Shown: positions 8,832 to 17,577, counted from the stretch's first letter. The stretch: DNA of 32,561 bases from a virus (IMGVR_UViG_3300010362_000068:1-32561), one strand, 5' to 3'. Numbers and translations: made by a program. Notes: generated by a model not told the origin, from the letters alone.

Positions 8832-9812
8832 ATGCCATCTCCGAACCTGACGGAGATCGTGTCCACGACACTGCGCAACCGCAGCGGTCGGCTCGCGGAC
8901 AACGTCTCCCGCAACAATGCCTTGCTCAATCGCCTGCGCGAGCGCGGCAAGGTCAAGCCCCTGGGCGGTGGTCGTTCCATCGTGCAGGAGCTGGAGTACG
9001 CGCAGAACGCCACGTTCATGTGGTACTCGGGCTATCAGGAACTGAACGTCGCTCCCAGCGACGTGATCTCGGCGGCCGAGTTCAACTGGCGGCAGGCGGC
9101 GGTCGCAGTGTCGATCTCCGGTCTCGAGCAGCTGCAGAACTCGGGCAAGGAGCGCGTCATCGATCTGCTCGAGAGCCGCATCGGCAACGCCGAGAAGACG
9201 ATGCAGAACGGGGTCGCGGCGGCGGTCTACTCCGATGGCACCGACCCGCTGCAGATCGGTGGTCTGCAGTTCCTCCTGCCCGACGCACCGGGCACCGGCA
9301 TCGTCGGCGGCATCGATCGCCTCACCTGGGTGTTCTGGCGCAACATCGTGGTGACCGGCGTCACCGGCCCCACCGACATCCAGGCCAAGATGCTGTCGCT
9401 GTACGTGCAGCTGGTGCGCGGCACCGACAAGCCGGATCTGATCGTCGCCGACAACGCCTACTACACGCACTACGTCACGTCGCTGACCAACATCCAGCGC
9501 GTCTCCGACGACAAGACGGCGCAGGCCGGCTTCGTCAACGTCATGTACATGAATGCACCGGTGGTGCTCGACGGCGGGTTCCAGGGCTACTCGACCGACG
9601 TCAATCCGTCGATCGGCGGCTGCCCCGCCAACCACATGTACTTCCTCAACACCGACTACATCTACTTCCGACCGCATCGCGATCGGAATTTTGTGCCGCT
9701 CGATCCGAGCGAGCGCTTTGCCGTCAATCAGGACGCCATGGTCAAGCTGCTGGCGTTCGCCGGCAACATGACGCTGTCGAACGCGCGCCTGCAGGGCGTG
9801 CTCAAGGCCTGA
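8832..9812 (+). CDS. major capsid protein
   Basis: 326 aa after the scaffold, with TTLRNRS..LADNV..NNALL..L N-terminus and GNMT.SN...QGVL C-terminus typical of this MCP family. Confidence 0.9.
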   Translation: MPSPNLTEIVSTTLRNRSGRLADNVSRNNALLNRLRERGKVKPLGGGRSIVQELEYAQNATFMWYSGYQELNVAPSDVISAAEFNWRQAAVAVSISGLEQLQNSGKERVIDLLESRIGNAEKTMQNGVAAAVYSDGTDPLQIGGLQFLLPDAPGTGIVGGIDRLTWVFWRNIVVTGVTGPTDIQAKMLSLYVQLVRGTDKPDLIVADNAYYTHYVTSLTNIQRVSDDKTAQAGFVNVMYMNAPVVLDGGFQGYSTDVNPSIGGCPANHMYFLNTDYIYFRPHRDRNFVPLDPSERFAVNQDAMVKLLAFAGNMTLSNARLQGVLKA

Positions 9813-9839
9813 ACGTCGGGCAGAAAAGGAGAGACCAAC

Positions 9840-10310
9840 ATGACGTCGTTCCTGGGCTGCAATCCCACCGCCACCTACGCGGCGCTCGCCGACAATCCCA
9901 CGGCGGTCGGCACGCGCGGCGAAGCCGGCGGCAAGGAGTACATCTTCGTGAAGGCAACGACCGCGCTCGCGCAGTTCGACGCCGGCTTCATCGACGCGGC
10001 GTTCAATGCCGCGCCGGTCGGCACCGCCAACGACCAGGGCGGCGGCCGGGTCGGCATCGCGCAGGTCGCGATCGCGCTCAACAACTGGGGCTGGGTGCTG
10101 GTGTGGGGCGCCGGACAGGTCAATTGCCTGACCGGTGCGCTGCTCAACGCGCGGCTCAACACCACCGGCACTGCCGGCGCGCTCGACGACGACGCCACCG
10201 CCGGCTCGTTCCCGATCAGCGGCTTGTCACTCTCGGCCACGCGCGGCGCCGGCACCGGGCCGGCGGCTTGTGTTGCCTCCTATCCCGGTCAGGGACCGAG
10301 CGTGCTGTGA
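9840..10310 (+). CDS. putative capsid decoration/minor head protein
   Basis: AGGAG RBS, Gly/Ala-rich, EYIFV and WGWV..WG motifs. Directly after MCP and before a terminator. Confidence 0.65.
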   Translation: MTSFLGCNPTATYAALADNPTAVGTRGEAGGKEYIFVKATTALAQFDAGFIDAAFNAAPVGTANDQGGGRVGIAQVAIALNNWGWVLVWGAGQVNCLTGALLNARLNTTGTAGALDDDATAGSFPISGLSLSATRGAGTGPAACVASYPGQGPSVL

Positions 10311-10378
10311 TGAGATGACCAGCCGGGGCTGCCGGCAGGGCCGTGCGAACCGGCCCGTTCATGGTGACCGTGTGACCT

Positions 10379-10408
10379 GGGAGGGCAGATCTGCCCTCCC
10401 TTTTTCTT
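10379..10408 (+). terminator. intrinsic terminator after the capsid genes
   Basis: Perfect palindrome GGGAGGGCAGATCTGCCCTCCC followed by TTTTTCTT. Confidence 0.85.
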
Positions 10409-10418
10409 GAGGTGAGAC

Positions 10419-11021
10419 ATGGATCCGCTCGGACTGCCGCCCGCCACCGGCATCGGTCCCGATGGCATGGTGCAATTTCGTCAATCAAGCTCGCACGTCA
10501 CGTTCTACTCGCGCGCCGAGCACAATCCGCAGCGCAGCGAGATCGAGGGCCGCCCGGTGTATGACGCCGTCGACTTCGTCAAGGTGTTCCATCCTGGCGA
10601 GCGCGACGTCGTCGACCGCGCCGTCACCGACATCGACAAGTACCGCTGGCCGGAGCAATGGGCGCGCTACAAGCAGCGCCAGGAGCAGGCGCCCGATGGC
10701 ACGCCGCTCGCCTACCTGTTCCCGCAGAACCCCGACATCGTCGCCCAGCTGCGCCACCACCGCTTTCACACCGTCGAGCAGCTCGCCGCCGCCACCGACG
10801 TCGCCATCCAGGCGATCGGCATGGGCGGGCGGCAGTGGAGCGAGAAGGCCAGGAAATTTCTCGACGGCGCCAACAAGGCGGTGGGGTTTCACGCGCTGCA
10901 GGGCGAGCTGGAGCAGCGCGACGCCAGGATCGCGCAGCTCGAGGACGTGATCGCCAAGCAGGGGAGCATGATCGCCAAGCTGCAGGCGGCAATGACCAGC
11001 GAAGACGCCAAGAAGAAGTGA
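10419..11021 (+). CDS. conserved phage protein (head-tail region)
   Basis: GAGGT RBS, EGRPVY...GTPL...TVEQLA motifs and a coiled-coil C-terminus. Confidence 0.8.
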   Translation: MDPLGLPPATGIGPDGMVQFRQSSSHVTFYSRAEHNPQRSEIEGRPVYDAVDFVKVFHPGERDVVDRAVTDIDKYRWPEQWARYKQRQEQAPDGTPLAYLFPQNPDIVAQLRHHRFHTVEQLAAATDVAIQAIGMGGRQWSEKARKFLDGANKAVGFHALQGELEQRDARIAQLEDVIAKQGSMIAKLQAAMTSEDAKKK

Positions 11022-11025
11022 CGCC

Positions 11026-11745
11026 ATGCCGCTCCTGTCGCTGCTCGACATCGTCAACCGCGTGCAGGATGAGCTGGCGTTGCCGCGCACGGCCGCCGTT
11101 GCGGCGTCGATCGATCCCCAGGTGCGTCAGCTCTATGCGCTGGTCAATGCCGGCGGCCGTGCGATCATGACCAAGTACACCTGGGGCGGCCTGCGCACGC
11201 TGCGCACGTTCCCCACCGTCGCGGCACAGTCTGACTACACGGTGCCGGCCGACTTCGACCGGCTGGTGCCGCAGACGCAATGGGACCGCGTCAACATGCG
11301 CAAGCTCGGCGTCGACACGCCGCAGCTGATGCGCGCGCGCCTCGAGGCCGGCGTCGTGCAGTCACCGTTCAACCGCACCATCCAGCAGATCGGCCGCACC
11401 GCCATCCGCGTGTTCCCGACCCCGACCGCCGCCGGTCAGACGCTGGTCTACGAGTATGTGTCGACGAACTGGGCGCGCGCGGCCGGCGGGATCCCGCAGC
11501 CCGAGTTCCAGGCCGACAGCGACACGTCGGTGTTCGTTCCCGATCTGCATGTGCGCGATCTCAAGTGGCGGTTCCTGTCGGCCAAGGGCCTGCCGGCCGA
11601 GGCCGCCAAGCTCGAGTTCGACGACAAGCTCAAGGAGGCGATCGCCGCCGAGACCGGCATGCCGACGCTCACCATGGGCGGCGACGACGAGGACGACGGC
11701 CTGCTCGGCATCGACAACGTGCCCGACAGCGGGTACGGCGCATGA
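11026..11745 (+). CDS. head-tail adaptor / tail tubular protein A-like
   Basis: LL.IVN.V..EL.L N-terminus, Y.VPADFDR, PTP...LVYEYVS.NW, and position before the nozzle. Confidence 0.75.
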   Translation: MPLLSLLDIVNRVQDELALPRTAAVAASIDPQVRQLYALVNAGGRAIMTKYTWGGLRTLRTFPTVAAQSDYTVPADFDRLVPQTQWDRVNMRKLGVDTPQLMRARLEAGVVQSPFNRTIQQIGRTAIRVFPTPTAAGQTLVYEYVSTNWARAAGGIPQPEFQADSDTSVFVPDLHVRDLKWRFLSAKGLPAEAAKLEFDDKLKEAIAAETGMPTLTMGGDDEDDGLLGIDNVPDSGYGA

Positions 11746-13316
11746 GCACCCCGGCGTACAGGTTTGGCGCGCCGCGCCGCTCGACGGCGCAGCTGCTGCA
11801 GCCCTATCGCCGGCTGTCGCAGCCGCAGTCGCTGCCGCCGCCGATCGGCGGCTGGAACATGCGCGATGCATTGCCGAGCATGGCGCCGACCGATGCGTTG
11901 CGCCTCGACAACTGGATCCCCGACACCGCGTCGGTGAAATTGCGCAAGGGCTTTGCCGCCTGGGCCACCACCACCGCCAACCCGATCGAGTCGCTGTTCG
12001 AATATGCGTCGCTCGCCGGCAACAACCGGCTCATCGCCGCGACCCCGACGCAGCTGTTCGACGTCACGGCGCAGGGCGCCGGCTCGGCCATGGCCACGGG
12101 CGCCATCACCAGCGGACGCTGGGAGGACGCGCAGCTCACCACCACCGCCGGGAGTTTTCTCTACATCGTCAACGGCGCCGACACGCCGCGCTACTACGAC
12201 GGCAGCGCCTGGACCCCCAGCGGCTTCACCGGCTCGGGGCTCTCGCTGACCAACCTGTCGAACGTCATCGTGCACATGAACCGGCTGTGGTTCGTGGAGA
12301 AGAACACGCTCAATGCATGGTATGGGCCGGTCGCCGGGATCTCCGGGACGCTGACGAAATTTCTGCCGCCCTTCCGGCTCGGCGGCTCGCTGCTGGCCAT
12401 GGCGTCATGGTCGCGCGACGGCGGCTCGGGACCGGATGACTTTCTCGTCATGGTGTCGAACAAGGGCGAGGCCGTCATCTATGCCGGCGTCGATCCCTCG
12501 AGCGCGACGACGTCGGCGCTGGTCGGCGTGTTCAAATTGCCCGAGCCGATCGGCACGCGCTGCTTCCTCAAGATCGGCTCGGATCTCGGCCTGCTCACCA
12601 GCCAGGGCGTGGTGCCGTTCTCGAGCGTGCTCGGGCAGTCGCAGTCGGGCGCCGGCCAGTCGGCGATCTCCAACAAGATCGTCGGCGCATTCAAGCAGTC
12701 GTACATCAGCTTCGGCACGCGCTTCGGCTGGCAGCTGATCGAGTACCCGAAGCAGAACCTGCTGATCTGCAACGTGCCGGTGGCCGAGCGTGTCACGCAG
12801 AATCAGTACGTCATGAACACCAACACCGGAGCATGGTGCCGCTTCACCGGCATCAATGCCGGCTGCTGGCAGCTCTTGCGCGACGTGCTCTACTTCGGCG
12901 GCAACGACGGCACCGTCTACCAGTACGACACCGACTACGTCGACCTCAATGTTCCCATCGTCGCCACGCTGCAGACCGCCTACTCGACATTCGGCACGCC
13001 CGCCAACAAGCACTTCGTGATGGCACGCCCGCTGTTCCTGTCGGCGCCGAGCTACGTGCCGCAGGTCTACATCCGCACCGACTATGATCAGGCGCAGCCG
13101 GCCATGGAGGTCGTGGCCCAACCCGACATCGGCTCGCCATGGGACACCTCGCCATGGGACACCTCGCCGTGGGGCACCACCCAGGTGCCGTCGCTGCCGT
13201 GGCAGACCGTGCAGGGCATCGGCATGGCCGGCTCGATCGCGTTCGCGGTGTCGGCCTCGAGCGAGGTGGTGTTCAACGGCGTCGATGTGCTGTTCACCAC
13301 CGGCGGAATGTTGTGA
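11742..13316 (+). CDS. tail nozzle / DNA stabilization protein (tail tubular B-like)
   Basis: ATGA-coupled start (MSTPAYRF), PPPIGGWN.RD...A..LDNW motif, beta-rich 524 aa, C-terminal WDTSPW repeats. Confidence 0.8.
   Translation: MSTPAYRFGAPRRSTAQLLQPYRRLSQPQSLPPPIGGWNMRDALPSMAPTDALRLDNWIPDTASVKLRKGFAAWATTTANPIESLFEYASLAGNNRLIAATPTQLFDVTAQGAGSAMATGAITSGRWEDAQLTTTAGSFLYIVNGADTPRYYDGSAWTPSGFTGSGLSLTNLSNVIVHMNRLWFVEKNTLNAWYGPVAGISGTLTKFLPPFRLGGSLLAMASWSRDGGSGPDDFLVMVSNKGEAVIYAGVDPSSATTSALVGVFKLPEPIGTRCFLKIGSDLGLLTSQGVVPFSSVLGQSQSGAGQSAISNKIVGAFKQSYISFGTRFGWQLIEYPKQNLLICNVPVAERVTQNQYVMNTNTGAWCRFTGINAGCWQLLRDVLYFGGNDGTVYQYDTDYVDLNVPIVATLQTAYSTFGTPANKHFVMARPLFLSAPSYVPQVYIRTDYDQAQPAMEVVAQPDIGSPWDTSPWDTSPWGTTQVPSLPWQTVQGIGMAGSIAFAVSASSEVVFNGVDVLFTTGGML
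13134..13178 (+). repeat. 15 bp tandem repeat x3 encoding SPWDT
   Basis: tcgccatgggacacc twice, then tcgccgtggggcacc. Confidence 0.85.
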
Positions 13317-13317
13317 C

Positions 13318-14733
13318 ATGGCTGAATATCAGGACGGCTTGGCGCGCCTGCTGTCGCCCGAGCCGGTGGTCAAGCTGCAGCCATGGATGAACCTGGGCAA
13401 GCTGGGCGCGCAGTATCTCGCGCCCAACGCCTACGAGTATTTCACGCGCGAACCGCCGACCGATCTGGTGCCAAACGCTGCCGGCAAGGTGCCGAGCGCA
13501 CAGCCGGATGCCGCAGGCCTGGGGCTCGACGTCGCCGGTCTCATGCCGATGCCGGGAGCTGCCGGCGCCAAACTCGCCGTCGCTGGTGCAGCCGCCGCCG
13601 CCAGAGGCGCAGCGGGGCTCGCTGGTGCGGCCGAGCGCACAGCAGCTCGTGCAGCACCCGAGGAGCTGGCGCGCGTCCTGGCGCCTCCCCAGGGCATCCG
13701 CGCGTTCCACAGCTCGCCGCATGATTTCGAGCGGTTCAGCATGAGCAAGATCGGCACCGGCGAAGGCGCGCAGGTCTACGGGCGAGGCTTGTACTTTGCC
13801 GAGAACCCGAAAGTGAGCGGACAGGGCGGCGAGTACTGGCAAAATTTCATGGACCGGTTCCCGCCGTCCGAGCGCGAGGCAGCCCGGTTTCTGATCAACA
13901 ACAAATTTGATCGTGCAGCGGCGAGTGCCGAGGCGGCGGAGGTTGCGCAATATTACAGGCAGAAGGCATTGGATGATCCGCTCCACCTACAAGGCAACTG
14001 GAACACGCGCGCCGGGATGATCGAGCGAGCGCGCGACGTGCTGATGAGCGAAAAACAGATCATCGGCCCGCGCACCTACGAGGTGAACATCCGCGCGCAG
14101 CCCGAGCAGTTCCTCGACTGGGACAAGCCGTTTGGTCAACAGTCGGCGGCGCTGCAGGAGGCGTTGCGCTCGCCGTTGCAGGCGCAACTCGATCGGCAGG
14201 CGGCAGCTCGCCGCACAATTTTGGAGCGCGGCACCGATGCTGCAGGCCGCCCGCTGCATCCGGCAGACATCATGCGGTTCAGCGAGCCGGTGTCATCGAT
14301 TGAGAATGTTGCCGGTTCCGACGTCTACAAACGCCTGGGCCTGCCCGCCGTAAATCGCGAAGCAGGATCCCTGGCGTCGACCCAGCGCCTGCGCGAAGCA
14401 GGCATCCCCGGCATCAGGTATCTCGACGCGGGCTCGCGCACGTCGGTTGATCAGTTGAGGATTGATCTCGCCGATCAACAGAGCCGGCTGGCCGAAGCTG
14501 TTGCCGCGCGCGATGCAGGCAGACCCACAATCTACAACACCAATGTTGACGACGTGATCAACCTGCACCAGGGCATGGTGAACGATCTGACCAAACAGAT
14601 AGCCTCACCGCCCACCTCCAACTACGTCGTCACCGACGACGCGATCATCGACATCCTGCGCAAGTACGGTCTCGCGGGCACGGCCGGCGCTGTCGGCGCG
14701 GCCGGTGTCGCGCGTGATCAAGGTGGCATGTGA
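13318..14733 (+). CDS. putative ejected protein: shared leader plus ADP-ribosyltransferase-like (ART-PolyVal-type) domain
   Basis: Starts MAEYQDGLARLL 1 nt after the nozzle stop. AFHSSPHDFERFSMSKIGTGEGAQVYGRGLYFAE, YEVNI...FLDWDKP, LREAGIPGIRYLD and NYVV motifs. Confidence 0.8.
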   Translation: MAEYQDGLARLLSPEPVVKLQPWMNLGKLGAQYLAPNAYEYFTREPPTDLVPNAAGKVPSAQPDAAGLGLDVAGLMPMPGAAGAKLAVAGAAAAARGAAGLAGAAERTAARAAPEELARVLAPPQGIRAFHSSPHDFERFSMSKIGTGEGAQVYGRGLYFAENPKVSGQGGEYWQNFMDRFPPSEREAARFLINNKFDRAAASAEAAEVAQYYRQKALDDPLHLQGNWNTRAGMIERARDVLMSEKQIIGPRTYEVNIRAQPEQFLDWDKPFGQQSAALQEALRSPLQAQLDRQAAARRTILERGTDAAGRPLHPADIMRFSEPVSSIENVAGSDVYKRLGLPAVNREAGSLASTQRLREAGIPGIRYLDAGSRTSVDQLRIDLADQQSRLAEAVAARDAGRPTIYNTNVDDVINLHQGMVNDLTKQIASPPTSNYVVTDDAIIDILRKYGLAGTAGAVGAAGVARDQGGM

Positions 14734-16169
14734 TGGCAGAGTATCAGGACGATCTCGCGCGCCTGCTGATGCCGCCGCAGCAACAGCCGGTGCTCACGCT
14801 GCGCGACATCGCCAAGTTCATGGCGCCGAACACCTACGAGTATTTCGCCGGCACGCAGCCGGCGCCGAGCATGACGCCGAACCTCGCCGGCAAGGTGCCG
14901 AGCGCACAGCCCGACATCGGCATGGCGGCGATCGAGGGCGCCGGATTTCTGCCGACGCCGGGAGCTGCTGCCCTGAAGCTCGGCATGGCCGGCACTGCCG
15001 CCGCTAAGGGCCTGGGGCGGCTCGCTGGTGCGGCGGAACGAGCGACGGGCAAGGCAGCACCCGAGGAGCTGGCGCGCGCACTGACGGCGGCCGAGAGGCG
15101 CGCGCCGCTGGCGGATGCACCGTACCCGCAGTACGCCGAACGCTACCCTGAGACGGGACCGGGCGTGCCGACGCCAGACCCTGAGACGGGCAAGATGTTT
15201 TTGGCGAAAGAGCTGACGCCCGAGGCAAAGGCTTTCGAAAAAACCCGCGCCGCCATCATCAAGGACATGAAGCAGAAGGGCTACACGCCCTACTTTGATC
15301 CGCGCGAGCGGTTCTACGCTGACGCGCCGAGCTATCCGCCGAATGTTGACACGCTCACCATCGTCCCGAAGAAGCAGGCGACGATCGACAAGGACATGGC
15401 GACCATCGGCAGCGAGGCTACTCGCGAGCGGCTGCGCCAGGGCTATGCGCGCGGGCTGATGATCCCAGAGAGCGGCGATTGGTATGCGGTCGGGCAGCTC
15501 GAACAGGAGGCGAAAAAACAACTCGGGGCAAGAGCTGGTCGCGAAGGCTTCAAGGACTTCGCCACATCAATGTCGTCCACCACAGGCGGTGCCAATCCAG
15601 AATCGAACCTGCTCATGGCGCAATATGTCCGTTATCTTCGCGGCCACGATCTGCCGTATCCGGTGGGCGCCTATGAAATGCCGTTCCCGATTGGCGGGCG
15701 CTACGCCACCAAAAATATCGAGATGGACAAAAGGATTTTTGATGAGGGCGGCTACCGTGCGCTCGGCGAGGGCAACCCGAAGCGACATGATTTTGCTCAA
15801 GCCATCATGGGCAACCGCAACGTCGCCGTGATGGATGAGCAGATGACGGGCGGCATGACGCCCGGTCTCGCCATGCCGCCACCCGGCAAGTACGGGCTCT
15901 ACGCACGAGTGGCGCAGGAGGAGGCGGCCAGGGCGGGCGTCCCGCCTGCCAACCTGCAGGACGTCGCCTGGGCCGGTTTCAAGGACATGAAGGAAGGCAA
16001 GCCACTCATCTCGTACATCAACGACGCTATCGAGCGCACGCACCGCCTCACCGGCATGCCGCGTGACGAGATCGTCAGGCGCGGCCTCGCCGAGGGCAAG
16101 ATACCTATTTACGGCGCAGCGGGACTACTTGGCCTGCAGGGGCTTCGGCAGCCGGGAGGCGGCGAGTAG
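14733..16169 (+). CDS. putative ejected protein: shared leader plus HhH-glycosylase-like/unknown enzymatic domain
   Basis: Starts MAEYQDDLARLL. DWY..., SSTTGG.NP..N, PKRHDF...GN..VAVMDEQM and Y.LY......A...GV.P...Q.VAW motif series. The function is inferred. Confidence 0.7.
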   Translation: MAEYQDDLARLLMPPQQQPVLTLRDIAKFMAPNTYEYFAGTQPAPSMTPNLAGKVPSAQPDIGMAAIEGAGFLPTPGAAALKLGMAGTAAAKGLGRLAGAAERATGKAAPEELARALTAAERRAPLADAPYPQYAERYPETGPGVPTPDPETGKMFLAKELTPEAKAFEKTRAAIIKDMKQKGYTPYFDPRERFYADAPSYPPNVDTLTIVPKKQATIDKDMATIGSEATRERLRQGYARGLMIPESGDWYAVGQLEQEAKKQLGARAGREGFKDFATSMSSTTGGANPESNLLMAQYVRYLRGHDLPYPVGAYEMPFPIGGRYATKNIEMDKRIFDEGGYRALGEGNPKRHDFAQAIMGNRNVAVMDEQMTGGMTPGLAMPPPGKYGLYARVAQEEAARAGVPPANLQDVAWAGFKDMKEGKPLISYINDAIERTHRLTGMPRDEIVRRGLAEGKIPIYGAAGLLGLQGLRQPGGGE

Positions 16170-16344
16170 CCGCCCCCCAGTCGTAAGGATCCAGCTCCTC
16201 GATGATGGGACCAGCGAGTTCATAGCTGTAGCGCAGACCGGTCAGCTCGCGCTGCACGAGCTGACGCTCGGTGCTGTCTTCAGGCGCTGCATACTTGCGC
16301 CTGACCAGCTCGGCGATGATCGCCTCCAGCTCCTGCTCGGTCAT
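16105..16344 (-). CDS. hypothetical protein, convergently overlapping effector gene 2
   Basis: 79 aa MTEQELEAII..., with start overlapping the stop of the HTH gene. Confidence 0.6.
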   Translation of the reverse strand: MTEQELEAIIAELVRRKYAAPEDSTERQLVQRELTGLRYSYELAGPIIEELDPYDWGAATRRLPAAEAPAGQVVPLRRK

Positions 16345-16532
16345 TTCACGTCCTCCGGTTTCAGCTCGAGCTTGATCATCAGGCGCAGCAGCATGGCGAC
16401 GCTCTCGGGGATCGCGTGCTCGCCGAGCGCCCAGCTCTGGCCGACGCGCGGCGAGCGGCCCATGAATATGCCGGCGGCCTCCTGCGAGAGGCCGAGCGTG
16501 GCAATGGCTCTGCGGTACTGAGCGGGTGTCAT
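16341..16532 (-). CDS. small XRE/Cro-like HTH regulator
   Basis: MTPAQYRRAIATLGLSQEAAGIFMGRSPR....WALGE..IPESVAMLLRL, a classic small phage HTH pattern. Confidence 0.85.
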   Translation of the reverse strand: MTPAQYRRAIATLGLSQEAAGIFMGRSPRVGQSWALGEHAIPESVAMLLRLMIKLELKPEDVK

Positions 16533-16777
16533 CGTCCGCTCTCCTCCCATGCTTGCTGCGTACCCATGTGCTTCTCCTCGATGGTCGTGTCGCGCAGCAC
16601 GGTGTTGCGCACAATTCTGGCGGCGTCCTCCCATGCACTTGCCTCGCCCAAGTAGCGGAAGCGCGCGCGCTTGAGGGCAGCGCGCTCGGCGTGCCCGCGC
16701 ATCTCGGCGGCGCGCTCCTCGAAATGCTGCGCCAGATCAGCCAAGCTGGTGGCGGTGTAGCGGGTGGTTATGCTCAT
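16529..16777 (-). CDS. hypothetical protein
   Basis: 82 aa, ATGA coupling on both sides, GAGG RBS. Confidence 0.65.
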   Translation of the reverse strand: MSITTRYTATSLADLAQHFEERAAEMRGHAERAALKRARFRYLGEASAWEDAARIVRNTVLRDTTIEEKHMGTQQAWEESGR

Positions 16778-17043
16778 CGTGCAGGCCTCCTCTTGAGCTG
16801 CGCCTCGATCTCGCGCAGCTCGCGCTCCAGCGGCTCATAGTCGGACGGCTTGGCATGGCGCCAGCCGTCGCGCGACAGGTCGGACAGTATGTTGACGATG
16901 ACGCGGCGGCGGTTCGTGAGTTGAGTTTGCGTCCGCATGTTCAGCTCCTCTGAGGTGATCACGGTGCGCTTGCTGATGATCTTCGCGGTCGCTGCCAGCT
17001 TCTGCACGGTGTCGACCCAGGTGCCGGTGTTGTTGCTCGTCAT
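16774..17043 (-). CDS. hypothetical protein
   Basis: GAGGAG RBS, 89 aa. Confidence 0.6.
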   Translation of the reverse strand: MTSNNTGTWVDTVQKLAATAKIISKRTVITSEELNMRTQTQLTNRRRVIVNILSDLSRDGWRHAKPSDYEPLERELREIEAQLKRRPAR

Positions 17044-17085
17044 GTTCAGTTCTCCTCGTGGTGTGGGGTGATGGAGTGTCGCCGC

Positions 17086-17577
17086 TCACGCGGCGACCTC
17101 CGGGGCTTTCCAGACGTCGTAGCGGTGCTGCTGGTGATCCAGCTCGAGCGTCAGGCTCTCGATCTCGCGCAGCAGAACGGTGAGCTGCTGCCGCTTGACA
17201 TGGTCGAACGTGTACATGCCGTACTTCATCAGCGCGGGGTGCTCGGCGTACTCCGCATCGAACGTCGCGCGCGTCACGTCGAGGCGCACGGTCTCGCGCC
17301 GGTCGTAGCCAAGGCGGCGCGTGTAGGTGAACGTGGCCGGCGCCAGCTCGCCCTCGATGTTGGAGCGCAGCTGCGCGATGCGCTCGAGCTGGGCCGTGAC
17401 GTTGGTGATGTAGAGACCGAGCCGATCGCGCGCGACTTCATACGGTTGATGGCGCGCGCCAGGGCACGATGATGTCTGCCAGCCGTCGCGGCGCAGGTAG
17501 CCGTGGTGCGCGATCTTGCCCGACTTGGCTTTGATGGCGCGAGCGCAGATCTGGCAGTGGGTGGTGAAGGCAGTCAT
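17086..17577 (-). CDS. Zn-finger-like phage hypothetical protein
   Basis: GAGGAG RBS, CQIC...AHHGY...WQT.SC.G motif, coiled-coil C-terminus. Confidence 0.75.
   Translation of the reverse strand: MTAFTTHCQICARAIKAKSGKIAHHGYLRRDGWQTSSCPGARHQPYEVARDRLGLYITNVTAQLERIAQLRSNIEGELAPATFTYTRRLGYDRRETVRLDVTRATFDAEYAEHPALMKYGMYTFDHVKRQQLTVLLREIESLTLELDHQQHRYDVWKAPEVAA

Noticed and set aside
8312-10318. 668 aa alternate-frame ORF across the capsid genes
   Set aside because: Arg-rich shadow frame caused by high GC3 codon bias. It overlaps well-supported genes.
11280-11741. N-terminal extensions given by the ORF track (11280, 13084, 26015, 26727, 31840 etc.)
   Set aside because: They overlap upstream genes. 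Downstream ATGs with an RBS or stop/start coupling fit better.
13134-13178. Tandem repeat as possible CRISPR or VNTR
   Set aside because: No spacers. It is an in-frame coding W-D-x-x-x repeat typical of such nozzle proteins.
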